A stretch of DNA of 64,000 nt from Neophaeotheca triangularis. Lineage: Eukaryota. A model generated the notes under the pieces. That model saw only the letters and a program-made list of their open reading frames with translations. It had not been told where the DNA came from and did no database searches. The DNA lies in NCBI GenBank assembly GCA_054600435.1, contig BAAIJX010000015.1:1-64000 (forward strand), read 5' to 3'. Positions 62,510 to 64,000 of the stretch are shown in pieces. The translations under genes and the position numbers were made by a program. Numbering within the stretch: the stretch's first letter is position 1; the number at the start of each line of letters is the position of its first letter.

Positions 62510-62962
62510 TCAGTTGGCCTTGTCTTTCGACTGGCAAGCCACAATTTTGACTCGCTCAGCATCCACCGTGTTGTTGTTCTCGAGCTTGAACTTGACATCC
62601 TTGATAATAAACGTCCAAACTTCGTCACAGAATCGGTAGGTGTCAAGATGCCCCTGCGAACAAGTCAGCGCCCGAGCAATAGCCATCTGTGCCTCAAGAA
62701 GTAACGCACCTTGAACGACATTCTTGCTTTGACCTTGTCACCCAGTACCGACGCTATGGACTGGTCAAAATTGGCCATGATTCGCATTGCAAGTTGGGGC
62801 TCGATTCGGCGGCTAGAGATGAGGTCGTCCAGTGTGTCGGCGAGGGCGAGACCGATGCTAAAAGCGAAAGTCAGGCTGAGTAGAAGGTGGGCGAGTGACA
62901 AACCTTGCAACTCACGATGTGCCTCTGTAGAGCTCATAGGAGCCCTGCGCTTGAGACGCCAT
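62510..62962 (-). CDS. TOA2: TFIIA small (gamma) subunit, 3 exons
   Basis: [28 protein letters not shown] and [26 protein letters not shown]. Confidence 0.94.
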
Positions 62963-63281
62963 CTTCACCACTCACTGAACGTGCTAGTACCAAGCAAGCT
63001 CCGTAGCTGACTTTGTGTTCCGTTTTAACAAAGAGTAGATGACCGTGACTGCAAGCGCAAGTGTTCAATTTCTTGTAGAGGTGTGGTAGTAGTACTTAGG
63101 TAGTAGTTCTCTGGCTCCGACTGTCTGATGTCGAGGGTGAGTGAACGACTTAGTGGCTCGTGCACGCGGGAGGAGCCGCAAGCTGCGACTGCGGCAGTGA
63201 TGAACCACCTCGCAGCATCACTGCCCTAGAGGTACCTCTGCGTCCACAACCACAGAACCCATCCTTGATACAACACCGACC

Positions 63282-64000
63282 ATGGGAGGACTCGCATACA
63301 GCAGCTATGGTGCTGGCACAGCTCTCACAGTCATCGGGCTTTGTAAGATCCCACCGCGCCTGGAGGAAGGGCATGTAGAGCTAACTGGGAACAGACATGC
63401 TCCTGAACGGCGAGGGTGAAGCATTCAACGTACGCATCATATACCAGATGGTTGTGTTGGGCATAATGCTGATTATGACAAGGTCGGAGCCTTCCTCGAG
63501 TCGATATCGCCCGTCGCCTGGGCCTCCACCGGCATTGGTCTCTGCATCGGTCTCTCGGTAGTGGGAGCAGCATGGTCAGTACAAAAGCTGGGATGTTCAT
63601 GGGATATAAAAGGCTGATTCCAGGCTCAGGGGAATCTTCATCACTGGTACCTCCATCCTGGGAGGTGGTGTCAAGGCCCCCAGGATCCGAACCAAGAACT
63701 TGATCTCCATTATCTTCTGCGAAGTCGTGGCAATTTACGGCGTCATCATGTCCATCATCTTCTCCTCCAAGCTCAACAACATCACGGGAGATGCGCTACA
63801 CAGCGGCAGCAACTACTATACAGGATACGCGATCTTCTGGAGTGGGCTTTTGAGCGGCATGTGTAACCTGATATGTGGTGTCAGTGTCGGCATCAACGGT
63901 AGTAGTGCAGCGCTGGCCGATGCTGCGGACCCTAGCTTGTGAGTTGGCCACTCACATCACTAAGCCCGCGAGTAAGCATGCTAACTCAATTCAAGGTTTG
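63282..64000 (+). CDS. VMA16: V-ATPase V0 proteolipid subunit c'' (truncated by the window end)
   Basis: [76 protein letters not shown] and [11 protein letters not shown]. Confidence 0.93.

Overview
Gene-dense eukaryotic DNA from a filamentous ascomycete. It has short GT-AG introns with CTAAC/CTGAC branch points, and the ALDH closely resembles Cladosporium-type Cla h 10, which suggests Dothideomycetes/Capnodiales (inference). I reconstructed 25 protein-coding genes by hand, splicing across the ORF track, plus one pseudogene. In order: SVF1, a divergent histone H4 variant, a METTL4-like MT-A70 methyltransferase, a small tail-anchored ORF, FAM50/XAP5, LEU5, a HeLo-like/ankyrin-family pseudogene, aldehyde dehydrogenase, YRA1, a TTC1-like TPR protein, a small Ser-rich protein, RSM19, a 1228-aa disordered protein, HEI10, BCD1, ARP3, a Zn2Cys6 transcription factor, a HAD phosphatase, PRMT5, a conserved hypothetical protein, an isochorismatase, two heme-thiolate peroxygenases flanking a TilS-like gene, MLH1, TOA2 and VMA16 (truncated). 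I found no convincing tRNA, rRNA, CRISPR array or intact transposon. Best leads: (1) the H4 variant with an altered H2B interface, tail-to-tail with an adenine methyltransferase; (2) the uncharacterised large protein with eIF4E-binding-like and PAM2-like motifs; (3) a likely GUG start plus an overlapping uORF in the Zn-cluster TF; (4) a recurring orientation-independent C-rich to G-rich skew switch; (5) the decayed HeLo-like gene. All family calls come from motif recognition by eye, not database searches.
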